A stretch of DNA of 64,000 bases. Source: Eledone cirrhosa (lineage: Eukaryota). A program made the position numbers and the translations under genes. The notes under the pieces were generated by a model. The model was given only the letters and a program-made list of their open reading frames with translations. It did no database searches and was not told where the DNA came from. The stretch is taken from assembly GCA_964016885.1 (NCBI GenBank), contig OZ024742.1, forward strand, positions 337,590,001 to 337,654,000, read 5' to 3'. Of this stretch, positions 13,255 to 29,843 are shown piece by piece (position 1 is the first letter of the stretch; each line of letters starts with the position of its first letter).

Positions 13255-13285
13255 CATGGAACTCTTTTAACCATCTTTTGATCTT

Positions 13286-14203
<918 letters not shown>

Positions 14204-14208
14204 TCAAT

Positions 14209-14770
<562 letters not shown>

Positions 14771-14772
14771 AT

Positions 14773-14804
14773 TGGTGACCCCGACGTGATTCGAACACGC
14801 AACC
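14773..14804 (+). promoter_or_regulatory. Primer-binding site complementary to the tRNA-Trp 3' end (32 nt)
   Basis: TGGTGACCCCGACGTGATTCGAACACGCAACC is the reverse complement of GGTTGCGTGTTCGAATCACGTCGGGGTCACCA (T-arm, acceptor strand and CCA of eukaryotic tRNA-Trp); starts after a 2-nt gap following the LTR. Confidence 0.85.
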
Positions 14805-15782
14805 AGACAACAGCCTAACAAGAAACCAACATGAACATGTCAAAACCAATGACAGAAGCCGAGATTTCAGAGCTGTGGGCTATGATCAGAAAGTGGGCTG
14901 GTTAAATTAAAGCCTTCTCAAATTAATTAAAGAATCTGACGTTTCAAACACACCGGCGGCGCAACAACAGTCAATCCAAGCCCTTTCACCGTCTAAGATT
15001 CAGAAGTCCCAGTCAAAATCGCGTGTCTGGCAACCTCTTCTGGTATCACGCAGAATTCGGCGCACAGGCATCTAAGTGCAAGGCCCCGTGCTCTTTCCAG
15101 AATACCACCCAGGGAAACGGGCAGACCAGGTCCTAACGACGACGTTCACCCCTGGTACTGAGAAGAAAAGTCTTCTGTTTTTTATCAACGACCAAGCGAC
15201 AGGCATCCGTTACCTCGTGGATACAGGAGCCCAGGTTAGTATTATTCCTGTTTCACTAGTCTCGTGCAAAAGACATCCAACACGGCCCTTTCTGCAAGCA
15301 GTGAACCGATTGTCAATTCCGACTTTCGGAGAGAAATCACTGACCCTCAATTTAGGCATGAGGCGTCGTTTTCAACGGGTGTTCGTCGTGGGAGACCTAC
15401 CGACCGCTATCTTAGGAGCCGATTTTCTCCACCACTTCAACCTTCTGGTGGACATGAAGAACCGGAGGCTTATTGACACCACCACAAACCTCACCGTGAG
15501 AGGTATATTTACCACGCAATCCACAGTGAGCCCTGTAATTTGCCAGTCAGACCCTTCGCATTACAACTGCATTCTCCAGAAATACCCAGACATCACTCGC
15601 CCGGTATTTAAGGATGGACCTATTAAACATAGTGTCACCCATCATATCGAGACAAGAGGACCACCCACAGCTGCCCGACCAACGAGACTGCCTCCAGACC
15701 GATTGCGAATCGCCAAACAGGAGTTTCAACACATGCTGGACCTTGGAATCATTCGCCCTTCCTCTAGCAACTGGTCTGCACC

Positions 15783-18700
15783 CAGGGCCGGATTAAAACC
15801 CTTAGAGGCCCTAAGCACTAAAAAAATGTTGGTGCCCCCATACATTTGTAGATCAAAACATAAACAATAATATATGGTAAATTAAAGTTTTATTTATTGA
15901 AATTTAAAAATGAAGCAAGAAAGAGAGAAAATAATTTTATTTATTGAATAATTTTTTCCTGATTTTTTTTCTTGCAAAGTCTTTGATCAGATCCTCGTAA
16001 CCAATTTTGCGTAACACATCTGCTTCTATACACAATAGGGATAAAGCATCCAGCCTGTATTGTTGCATGGTTGTTCTGAAGGGATTTTTAATATATTTCA
16101 ACCGTGAAAATGAACGCTCCGATGAGCAGTTAGTATCCATTAATGTTAAAAATATACGAAAGGCTATGTCTACATTTGGAAAGGCACACTCAATATTGTC
16201 TTTTACAATAATTTTATAAAGTTCAGCATGATTAAATCTTGTTTTTACATTTTCTGTTCTACTCATCTTATTTCACACATATAAATGAAACTGCTGAAGT
16301 TCAGCTGAGAAATTACTATTGAAGTCCTCTGGATAAGCATCGATCAACTTTTGACAGTACTGAGAATACATTTCAATATTAGTAGCTGATGGAGTGCCTA
16401 TATTTGGCACATCACTAAGAAAAGAAAATTTCTCTGCCATTTCTTTGTATATCTCTCCTCTTCTTTCCACCTCAGCTGCAAGTTTGTCAACAATTGTGTA
16501 AAATGTGGTGATACGAAACTTATCTCTGGCATCTAAATAAACTTCTGCTGTATCTCCGTCATTGGGTACTTTTTTTCTAATACGTTTGCGAGTTGCATTT
16601 GTCCTGTAATCAACATCTGGAAGAATTTCCTTGGCCTCTTTTTCATATCTTTCAAATTCATCTCGTGAGGTGTTCAGTTGGCCAGCTAATGATACATAGA
16701 GATCTGCACATGTCTTTAAGTTCGCATCCTCATTTTGTAGAACTTTGCTTACTCTGTGAAAATTCTGCAAAATCTCATTCCAAAAAATCAACATAAAAAC
16801 GAATTCTAGCTCTTGCATCTTATCAACAATATTATTTGCCTCTCTTCTAGCGTCTCCCTTTTGTGATTGATCTTCAGCTATATATTCTAATGCCTCGGAA
16901 ATCTCAGGGAACGATTTCAAGATTGCTGCTGTTGCCATAGCATGTGCTTCCCATCTTGTATCAGAGAGGGATTTCAAGACACATTCATTCTTAATACAAT
17001 CTTTAAAAATTTTCCAACGGTTAGTGGAAGCAGAAAAAAAAATTATAGAGTAACTGTACTGTAGAGAAAAAATTAACAGCCTCTTGACAGCAGTCAACAG
17101 CACTCCGACCAACAAGATTTAATGAATGAGCTGCACAGGGGACATATATAGCAAACTTGTTTGTTTCTAAAAATTTTTGCTGCATCCCCTTATAACGCCC
17201 AGACATATTAGCAGTATTGTCATAAGTCTGACCCCTACATTTTGAAACATTTAACCCACAAGCTTCACGTAAATGCAGCAGCACCTGGTTCGCCATATTC
17301 TCGCCAGTGTAGTTTTCTATTATGATGAAGGTTAAAAATTGTTCAATAGGCTGTCCATCTTGTAAATACCTAAGTACAACACTCAATTGATCGCTATGTG
17401 ATAAATCTGGTGTTGAATCAACGGACAAACTAAAATAACCAGAAGATTTAACTTCGTTAATAATGAACTCACGGACCTTTTGTGCCATTAGTTGAATAAT
17501 TTCCTCGATAGTGTTTTTTGACATGTAAGAAGGATTTCCTTTTCCATAATTTCCATATTTAGAAATGTGGCCTGCTAAAAATGGATCAAACCGGCTTATG
17601 AGTTGAAGCAGCCCTAAACAATTCCCATTTTGCAACGATCCAAACTTCTCTTCACTTCCTCGAAAAGGCAAGCCACGTTCAGCTAACGTACAAATAGCAG
17701 CTACGACACGCCTCAAAATGTGTTCCCAGTAATTGCACTCTTCATGCATTTGTTTCTCCAAATCTGACTTTAACCCCGCACCTTGCCTGCGAGTTAAATA
17801 TGCCTGCAAAGAGTCTCGGTGAATAATGCTTTTCTCATGCTTTTCAATTACAATAGTATTGCGCCAATCACTGAACCCTTCTCTTGAAACAAAAATTTAA
17901 TTTTTTTCACGAACAAACAAAACAATAAACTGATCCTCTTGATGGTGAATAGAGTAACCACTCTCTCTTGTATTTTTCACCATTGGCTTTTGTCCCAATA
18001 AAAAGTTTCTGTGAGCAATACCTTACTGGTTTGCCACTACTAAAATGACGGCAAGACTTTTCAAATGGCCCGTTGTGGTGTTGACAAATACTGGGTTCAT
18101 AAGTAATCCAATAAGCTATATCATTAGCAGAGAAATCAAGCCACATTCCTGGATCGTTCACTAAATTGTAATTTTCTTCATTTTTTACAGGCAAATTAAT
18201 TTCACCGCCATTGTCACAGTGCTCTAAACTTCTATTTTCAGCAATTATTTGAGCCCTATCATCATTTGCAGTAGAGGTATCCGAATAAAGAGAATTCAGA
18301 GGCAAAGTAAGATCAGTTGTGAGACATGTGCTGGATGAACATGCTTGCGACATCTCGGTACTTCTAATGTCATCATATTTTGATTCTGAAGTAATTAAAG
18401 TTGTATTTTCCGTATTCATGTCTACTTCTGATAACGTATATCGATTTTGACCTGGAATCTGTAAATCATGTTGTGGAACTTGTGAGAAAAAATTAGTCAG
18501 CTTTGCTGTCTTGCGATCTAATTCCGAAGCTTTTTCTTGTTTCTTGTTTGAAAGTTTTCGTTTTTGTGCCCCACTTAAATGAATGCGTTTCATCTTGGTT
18601 TTTGGGATCTGTTAATTAGATTTGAATGGTTAGATTTTGGAGGGATCTGTTAATTAGATCTGATGGTTAGATTTGAAAAAGAATGGTGAACCCAAATAAA

Positions 18701-19561
18701 CAATCAGCAAATACAGTTATAAAATTAAAGCTTGAGTTTGTTCAGATAAAAAATAAAAAATAAAAAATAAAAAATAAAAAATAAAAAATAAAAAATAAAA
18801 AATAAAAAATAAAAAATAAAAAATAAAAAATAAAAAATAAAAAATAAAAAATAAAAAATAAAAAATAAAAAATAAAAAATAAAAAATAAAAAATAAAAAA
18901 TAAAAAATAAAAAATAAAAAATAAAAAATAAAAAATAAAAAATAAAAAATAAAAAATAAAAAATAAAAAATAAAAAATAAAAAATAAAAAATAAAAAATA
19001 AAAAATAAAAAATAAAAAATAAAAAATAAATAAAAGTTATGTAGAAATAAAAAAGTTATACTGTATAGCAGATAATCTAGAACACAAATGACAGTTATTT
19101 TTGATATAGAGTCTACAATATTAAAAGATTCAAGTTCAAAAAAGAATTTGTATAAAAATAAAAAAAACCCTAATGAACAGAATTGTTAATAAAAAGAAGC
19201 AGAAAATAAACCTTGGTTAGTTGGGATTGGGAGTATCAAAAAACTTTCAGCTGGTGGCTATATTCATAAACCTTACAAAACATTTCAACAAGCATGTAGC
19301 CATTTTAATACATTGAAGTTTCAGAAAAATTTCTAAAGATAAACGTCTGAAAAACTGAGATTTAACAAATAAACTGAAATGAACAACTATGTTTCTACCG
19401 AATTTATTCATTTCTTATTTCATTTTGAAAATTGCTATAAAATTAATTAATTTAATAATTTAAACTGTAAATTCATCATATAAAAAATGTTTGAGGTGCC
19501 CTTTCTTCCTTTGATGCCCTAAGCACGTGCTTACTTTGCTTATATTGTTAATCCACCACTG
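15783..19561 (-). mobile_element. hAT-superfamily DNA transposon (ZMYM1-like/DUF4371 transposase, pseudogenised)
   Basis: 8-bp TSD TCTGCACC at 15775-15782 and 19562-19569; imperfect TIRs CAGGGCCGGATTA / TAATCCACCACTG; transposase split over 17907-18593, 17021-17809 (VDSTPD, CAAHSLNL), 16273-17115 (TRW), 15937-16266 (ERSFS dimerisation motif). Confidence 0.93.
18748..19031. repeat. (AAAAATA)n heptamer array in the hAT 5' region
   Basis: About 40 homogeneous units. Confidence 0.9.
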
Positions 19562-22181
19562 TCTGCACCCCCTAAGAAAACAGAGAATGATTGGCAAACA
19601 TGTGGGGATTATCGTGCACTCAACAATTCCACAGTACCCGATAATTACCCTGTACCTCATTTGCACGGCTTTTCTGCCTCTCTGCAAGGCGCACGCATCT
19701 TTTCCAAGATAGATTAGGTACGCGTATATAACCAGCTACCTATGGAGCCTGCTGATATTCCGAAGACCGCAATCACGACACCGTTCGGTTTATTTGAATT
19801 CCTGCGAATGCCGTTCGGTCTGCGCAACGCTGTACAAACTTTTCGGCGGTTTATTGACACTATGTTACGTGATCTACCCGTTGTATACGCGTATATCGAC
19901 GACGTGCTAGTAGCAAGTACTTCCGAGCAAGAACACGAGAAGCACTTAGATCTTCTTTTCCAACGTTTGGCCGAGTACGGTATTATCATCAACCCCAGCA
20001 AGTGCCTTCTCGGCGTTCCTTCACTGTCCTTTCTCGAGCACATCATTGATAAAGACGGTATTCGTCCACTTCCTGAGAAAGTAGAAGCTATCCGCAATTT
20101 CTCCCGCACCTACATCACTTCGGAAACTGCGTGAATTCCTCGGTTTGGTGAATTTCTATAGGCGTTTCATCCCTCATTGTGCTGACGCAGCCAGACTCCT
20201 CACGGACCTTCTTCGCAACCGGACTCGGAAAAACGAAGACATCACTCTGAACGAGGAAGAATTAACATCTTTCAACCGCCTGAAGGAAATGTTGGCAAAC
20301 GCTTCCATGCTCGTTTTCCCCAAATCTGACGCTCCCCTTTCGCTGCTAGTAGACGCATCAGACACGGGGGTTGGAAGCGTTTTACAACAATATGTCGACG
20401 GCGTTTGGAAACCCTTATCCTTCTTTTCTAAGCGGTTGCAACCTGCAAAAACCAAATACATTACGTTTGGCCGCGAACTCTTGGAAACCTACCTTTCAGT
20501 TAAACATTTTCGTCACATGCTCGAAGGATCGGATTTTGTGACCTACACGGACCATAAACCACTAGTTTATGCGTTCCGTACCAAACCTGATCGACATTCA
20601 CCGAGAGAACTCCGCCACCTGGCTTTTGTCTCCCAATATTCAACTGATATTCGGCATATCAAGGGATCAGACAACATAGCAGCCGACGCCCTGTCCCGAA
20701 TCCAGCTGAACGCATCGACCTTCAACAGATCGCAGCTGACCAAGAGACTGACGAAGAGTTTATCAAGCTCCGAGATTCGCCATCCCTCAAGTTTCAGCAA
20801 GTTCCCATTCCTTCTTCTCCGGGACAAATTTGGTGCGAACTTTCTACCGGTCATGAACGACCGTACGTATCACAGATGCATCGTCGACAAGTTTTTTCTG
20901 CTTTACACTGTTTGTCTCACCCGGGAATCCGGGCTACACAGAAACTCATTTCTGCTCGTTTTGTGTGGACTAACATTAACAAGGACGTGCGCGACTGGTC
21001 CAGGAGCTGCATTACCTGCCAGAAAGCCAAAGTCCACAGACACATCAAAACTCCACTCGGCACATTCGCGCAACCCGATGCACGTTTTCATCATGTGCAT
21101 ATCGACATCGTTGGACCTCTACCACCATTACAGAACTGCATACACTTGCTCACCTGCATAGATCGATTTTCCCGTTGGCCTGAGGCTTTTCCCATAAGTG
21201 ATACCTCAGCGGAAACAGTCGCTAAAACTTTGGTTTACACTGGGTATCACGTTATGGCGCCCCAGCGAAGATAACGGACAGAGGACGCCAGTTTAACTCC
21301 CACCTCTTCAGGAAACTGACTCGACTGTTAGGATGTAAACACATCCGCACGACAGCTTATCACCCGCAAGCTAATTGTCTCGTGGAAAGATTCCATCGCC
21401 AATTGAAAGCTGCCATAAAAGCGTATCCAGACAAGACCCACTGGTTTGAATACCTGCCACTGATCCTTCTGGGCATTCGATTCACCGTTAAGGAGGAATT
21501 CGGACACACACCTGCAGAATTAGTGTACGGCACGACCCTGGTTCTACCTAGTCAGATGGTTGCTCTCATCTCTCCTCAGGATGTTCCAGACCCAGGATCA
21601 TATGTACACCGTCTTCGACAATATATATCTCACCTTGCTCCTGCAAGCACCCGTCAACAGAACACGGCCACACACGTACCTTCAGACATTAAAGATTGGA
21701 TACACGTTTTCGTTCGAAACGACACCATCTCAGCTCATCTTCGACCTCCATATTATGGCCCTTACCGTGTTCTAAAAAAATATCCGAAATATTTTATTCT
21801 CCATCTAGATAGTAAATAGAATTCTGTCAGCGTGGACAGATTAAAAAAAAGCCATCATGGATACTGTTACAGTCTCTACACCAGAAACTCCAACAGATTG
21901 CTGTCCCAGCAAGCCACCTGTTTCATCTCCAGTCACGAGAAGTGGACGACGTGTCCATTGGCCCGCCAAGTTGGCACAATATGTGAATTACCGTTAACCT
22001 CAAGTGAGTTTCTCAATCATTCTTCTTGCAAAACATTTCCATTTTCCTTGTGTTTACTATTTCCAGTTTCAAATACAATGAACTTTCTGCTTGAACAATT
22101 GCAATTTTTAGTGACCATGTGCTCATGTCACGAAGAACATTATTTATTATGAACATTATCTATTACAAACACTCTTTCCCA

Positions 22182-22770
22182 CATCCTGGATGCTGCGGTT
22201 AGGACGAGAGCCACAGCTTCTGCAGCCGAGCGGAGTAAGACCCTCAAATACTCTGATATGTCGGCCAGCTACATTTTTCAGCCTGTGACTTTCGAGACGT
22301 TTGGGGGAGTCGGGCCGCTGACTGCGAGGTTCCTTTCCTCACTGGCGGCTCGCCTAATAGAGGTGACTGGCGAATCTCGCGAGGGTGCTTGGCTGTTTCA
22401 GCGCATCAGCCTCGCCATCACCCGAGGCAACGCTGCGAGTGTGCTGGCTTGCCTCAAAAATCATTAGAGAGGTTGCCCAGTACTCGCGACGTTGCTGTCT
22501 TTTGCTCTGGTGTTGGCTCCGTTGTTCACCCCTTACTTTACATTTTCTTTAATATTGTAGCATTGAAAGAATATATCTTTCATTGTATCATCCTTTGTAA
22601 TGTTACCGAGGCATTTGTAATGTTATTTATGTATATATTTAAAACATATTTGTTATGTTATTCTACTGTAAATTTATTTATATGCTCTGTTTATATTTTC
22701 ATTCTGAAGGAATTACAAACGATTTGTAATGTTGTTTGTGCAACTATGAAGGATATATTTATGAAATAAA
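22182..22770 (+). mobile_element. CRE-like non-LTR 3' fragment inside the Gypsy 3' region
   Basis: AAERSKTLKY..FQPVTFETFGGVG..WLFQRISLAITRGNAASVL (restriction-like endonuclease C-terminus), then an AT-rich UTR with AATAAA near 22765. Confidence 0.65.
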
Positions 22771-23538
22771 GTATATCAATGTTGAAAATACTATTTAAGA
22801 ACAAACATTGTGTATATCATTGTGTATAACATTTTTTTTCTTCTCTCTCTTGTTTTGCAAACATTTTTATTTTCCATGTTCTGCAATGTTAATTGTGTAA
22901 TTACCATAATTTTTATATACATACAAGGCGTGTACATATTCTATTTTTCATGCGCACTACACAACCACGTTTGTTTCACCTTTGATTCATACACTGAGCA
23001 ATATATATTTTGTTCCTCTAACTCTTACATTACAAAATGTTTTCTCTTTGATCACGCATTTTCACAAATCGCATCCTCAAAACACTGGCCTTCTTTTTTA
23101 CGTACACATTCACTCAATAGCTCGAGAATGCCTCGCTATTTTTTACCACATGCATTCGCTCAAGTCATATACTTTGGAGCAAACTGCTACTTTTAAGCAA
23201 CATGCTTACGGCCATTCATTTCACAAATTACGGGTCACTGCCCAGATAGACTTTTTGTCACGCAATTCACAGGCAGCTCAACCAAAATGCAACAGGCTCA
23301 TTCATCACGCCTGCATAAATCTGGTCAAAGTCATTTTATAGTTTTTTGTTTTTTTTCTTCCTGACACACACATCTTGCCATATCATTTCTACATCGACTC
23401 TGTCCTATACTCGATGATCACCAAATTTCACAACGTGCTGGACACTACTTGGGCTATTGTCATGACAAATGCACCACTGGCTCATTACTATACGATGTTT
23501 CGCTCTTTTGTTGTACAAAAGATCTGGCAGGGGACTAA

Positions 23539-23944
23539 TGTACAGCCACCGGAAATAACATCTGTGAAATAAACAACTCTATCTATCTGCTTAGTTAGCT
23601 ACCTCACCATGAAACAAACAACCCTTAAAATCACCAGAATAAAACGCCTACGCAGCAGTTAAACATCAAACGATTATTTTTGTATAAATAGAGTGGTCCC
23701 AAACACTTTCGCCAGTCGAACTTTAGCAGAGTCAGCTCGCGTATCGTTGTTCCTCTCCTCTGCCACACTTGTCACTCACACACGCCTTGTACCTCTGTAT
23801 CGTCACTTCATGTATGAAAATAAATAGCTGACCGAAACTACATATCTCGCCTTGCTCGTCCTTTCAATTTCTTCTTTCGTCTGTTCATCCTGACCGTATG
23901 CGATAACAGTCCTTTTAAACGCTATTCTCAGATCCGTCACTACA
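23539..23944 (+). repeat. Gypsy 3' LTR (406 bp)
   Basis: Matches the 5' LTR; preceded by purine tract GGCAGGGGACTAA. Confidence 0.93.
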
Positions 23945-23954
23945 TATATATAGG

Positions 23955-24112
23955 AAAAGAGTCAGAACCCCAACGGCAGATCTCCGGCCGTTTCGACAGC
24001 TAGCTGCCGTCGGGGTCCTGACTCTTTTTCTATTACCCACTCTACTACCCTAAGTATCGAGTACTCTGGTGCGTTATGGTCCACCTGGTATCTTACCACA
24101 CTTTCTTTCTTT
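23955..24112 (+). mobile_element. Miniature fold-back derivative of the 56084-57170 family
   Basis: Hairpin 23955-24028 plus tail CTATTACCCACTCTACTACCCTAAG...CTTACCAC shared with 57084-57170; TA on both sides. Confidence 0.75.
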
Positions 24113-24133
24113 TATATATATATATATATATAT

Positions 24134-26259
<2,126 letters not shown>

Positions 26260-26274
26260 ATATATATATATATA

Positions 26275-28330
26275 TTTATTAAAATAACAGATTAAAGTTT
26301 AAGCAAAGAATCGCTGCTTTCACCCTTAACGGGATCTTCTGAAACTAACAAAGTCAATCTGTAAGTCAATCTGTAAACGCAGAACTGGATATTTCAAAAA
26401 ACGTTGCAACCGGAGGAAGACAGGAAGACGATACTTTGGTTCATGGTGACGTTCGCTGGCAAAGAACGGGAAAAAACGAATAATACGTCATTAATAGGAG
26501 CGGTGAAAAACAATTACGTGCAAGGACAGAACCACGTTTATGGTATAAAAGAGGTCGTAGACTAATGTTCTCTAAGTGGTGCATAGAGACGTTCTCTGGC
26601 AATGTAAGAAAAAACGAAGATAATAAGTCATATGTGGAGCGTTGAGAACAATAGCGTGCAAAGACAAAACCACGTAAATGGTATAGCAGAAGTCGTAGAC
26701 TAAAATTCTAACTAGGAGACCGAATGAATCTCCGCTACAGAGTTAAGAACAAAGTAAATAAATACAATACAGAAGTAATAGGAACAAATAAATACATACA
26801 CGCAAACAGATACGTACATACACAAGCATACGCAAAACCTTACGATAGGTATACAAAACCACGCACATATAAATATGTGTATGTGTGTATGCTTGTGTAC
26901 AAATAAATAAATAATTATATAAACGAATATAAGTAAATAAATACGTATATAACAAGCGCACACACATACCTACAAATCAATACATGAAGGTTCGGAGACG
27001 TAAGTCAACTAAAACAAGAAGTACACATATACACACACCCACCATACGTACGAACCTGCATACTCCCGCAGACGCAAAACTCCCATATACACATAACCAA
27101 GCCCTAAATACCAGAATATGTAAAAATTATACGCCAAAACAGTCAAATATACGTACGAGAAGGTATACATACCTTCACAAAACATACGGGTAATATATAC
27201 TTACCTATGCAAAAACTAAAGGAATAAACAAAACATATACTTAGCTCCCATATCAAGACGTAAATATCCACGTATAGATCGTGCTATCCGTTAGGGTATA
27301 ACGTAGGGCTGTAATACAGGAAAGTTTTGTGCAATTTATGTTTACAAGCCGAAATTGCCTCAGATTTTTTGTTTAAGATGTGGTCTGTGGCGTAGAGTAT
27401 TTCCAGGGCCTCAGCGGCGCAGAGGTCACATGGTCTTTTATTTCCGTTATCCGATCTAGCCCTAGCTAGGATCTCCCATTGTAACTTATATTGGGTGTGG
27501 TTGTCTTTTAGGCTCCAGATATAAGCTGAAAGTGACGTCATATTCCTTCTTAGAGGGTAACGAAAAGAATGGGTATGCATGTAAAGACGCTACTTGAAAC
27601 TATTGGCGGTTAACCCTATGTAGGCCCTACGGGACGTGGGTGTTACAACCTTACATTTGTAGACAATGTTACTAGAGAGGCATTTCCCAGATAGGGGACA
27701 ATCAGCCCGATTCCTACAATTACAGTTAGTACTAACTACAGGGTTGCACGTGTTCCTACGGCTAGGTATTTTAGCTAAATTTGAAGCTGTGATGTTATGT
27801 GCAAGGTTAGGAGTCGTTGAGTAAGAAATTTTAATAGTGTTTCTATTAAAAATTTTACTATATTTATGTGTAGGGGGAAAATGCTTCGTAATAAGGGAAA
27901 GAAAGATCTTAGCTAATGGTGTGGCCACCTCCATATTATATGGTGGGTTAAACCAACAAATGCGACGGGATCTATTTCTTCTAGGTCTATTCTCGTACTC
28001 TGTATATGCTACCTTATCCACAGATCCACTTCGAGCAAGAGCTTCATTGTAATAAGTGGAATGGTCGTTGAAAATGCGCTCGTTGGTGGAAAGACGGGAA
28101 AGCCTCAACGAAACGTTTTTTACCATGTTCTTGGTTATGCTGGCAGGATGGTTGGAATGCTTACTTATGTAATTAAGCGTATCATTCGGCTTTCTATACG
28201 GGTAATGCAACCCATTCAATAAATTGAGGGTAACGTCGAGGTAATTAACGACCGAGAGATTGGCCTCAACCTGTATAGAGAGGTTGAAGCCTTTAAAGAA
28301 GGCTGTGAGTTCTTTTCTGAATCTGTCGGT
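26275..28330 (-). mobile_element. Penelope-like element (Naiad-type), 5'-truncated: RT thumb, GIY-YIG and 3' UTR
   Basis: VNYLDVTLNL..YISKHSNHP, WFNPPY, KIFNRNTIKISYS, CNCR..CPL.GKC, IVYKC..YIG, CDLC..E..LNKKSE..CKH; one in-frame TAG at 27590-27592; degenerate CAGAAGA..GAAA motif at 26318-26341; ends in (TA)n. Confidence 0.9.
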
Positions 28331-28361
28331 GTATCCATACGTACATATATATATATATATA

Positions 28362-29170
28362 TAAGTATGTACACGTACATACATATATGTATACAGACGT
28401 ACAGTAGTATGTATATATATATATATACATATATGCACACACATATATATATATGTACGTATGGATACACCGAACATTTATTATAATGCTCGGTGTGTTT
28501 GTAAACAAACATCCCGTATTAAGCCGTAGTGTCCAGCAACCATCGTTGCTCGTTTGTTCAACACTGACAAAGGAACGCTGTACTAGTTTCAAGCTTATTA
28601 GCTATCGTCAGCAACGTATACCTTCCTGCCAGATTGTTGAACGTATATACTTACCTTATGCATATTAACGGCTGATAGCCCAATTTGCATATCGAGTGGG
28701 TTAATCGGCCGGGTGCACCGAAAACGATAAACGGAAAAAATGAAACGAAATTTCATTTCCCACTCTTAGTACGGCTGTTACTTAAAATGCAAATTGGGCT
28801 ACTCAGCCGTTAATATGCATAAGGTAAGTATATACGTTCAACAATCTGGCAGGAAGGTATACGTTGCTGACGATAGCTAATAAGCTTGAAACTAGTACAG
28901 CGTTCCTTTGTCAGTGTTAAACAAACGAGCAACGATGGTTGCTGGACACTACGGCTTAATACGGGATGTTTGTTTACAAACACACCGAGCATTATAATAA
29001 ATGTTCGGTGAATCCATACGTACATATATATATGTGTGCATTTATGTCTATATATATACATACTACTGTACGTCTGTATACATATATGTATGTACGTGTA
29101 CATACTTATATTTAAGTAACAGCCGTACTAAGAGTGGGAAATGAAATTTCGTTTCATTTTTTTCCGTTTA
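28362..29170. mobile_element. Inverted dimer of the ~419-bp hammerhead-bearing repeat
   Basis: 28362-28786 is a minus-strand copy and 28787-29170 a plus-strand copy of the unit at 46038-46456. Confidence 0.85.
28861..28903 (+). ncRNA. Minimal type-I hammerhead ribozyme motif
   Basis: ACGTTG-CTGACGA-TAGCTAATAAGCTT-GAAA-CTAG-TA-CAGCGT; mirror copy on - at 28575-28617; identical copy at 46430-46472. Confidence 0.85.
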
Positions 29171-29249
29171 TATATATATATATATATATATATACCATGT
29201 ATTAATAAATGGAAACTATATTTATAAAAGCATATTTATTTTATTATAC

Positions 29250-29343
<94 letters not shown>

Positions 29344-29631
29344 AATACATGTATGTATTTGCGTGTGTGTGAAGATTGACAAGCCTGCTCTCAAATCCCA
29401 GCCCATCACCTTAATAAAAAATAAGGATAATGTATATTGGGATACACTATGGCTAACAACATGAATGTCATAGCTTTCCATTTCCTATAAATGAGTGGTG
29501 AGCGAACGGAACTTCATACACTGGTATAATCCACTAATTTACACCGGATAAAATATCAATGGTGCGTTCGAAGCTACGAAGGAATCCTTTGTTCTCGGCT
29601 CGGTTGGAATTATTGAGACGAATCTCTCACC

Positions 29632-29843
29632 ATGACATCTTTTGGATGGAAGAGAAAAATAGGGGAAAAGGTCTCCAGGTCTGTATCGACTGCTTTTAAA
29701 CCAGAAGAAACAGACGAGGACAATTTAGACGATGAGGTAGACTGGCTCACTTTGGCTCCGAAACGGAGTTTGATCCTGGAAGATGCTGTCATCAAAAGTG
29801 CGCGACTGAAGAAAGAAGGAACGACGTTATGTGAAGCAGAGAG
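29632..29843 (+). CDS. TTC33: Tetratricopeptide repeat protein 33, coding exon 1 (212 nt)
   Basis: CACCATG start; MTSFGWKRKIGEKVS..VDWL..LED..KS.RLK.EG is the characteristic TTC33 N-terminus; donor AG/GTGAT, phase 2. Confidence 0.9.

Noticed and set aside
14773-14804. tRNA-Trp gene on the minus strand
   Set aside because: Only the 3' 32 nt are present, include CCA, and sit right after an LTR: it is a PBS.
15937-18593. Host ZMYM1-like gene
   Set aside because: Bounded by TIRs and an 8-bp TSD inside a Gypsy element and broken by stops and a frameshift; it is a hAT transposase.
27590-27592. In-frame stop in the Naiad ORF as possible selenocysteine
   Set aside because: Some Naiads encode selenoproteins, but this codon is TAG, not TGA, and is not at a Cys position; it is a nonsense mutation.
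27590-28477. ORF-track start (MFGVSIRTY..) of the PLE protein
   Set aside because: The first ~50 residues come from the adjacent TA-rich repeat; PLE homology begins near 28330.
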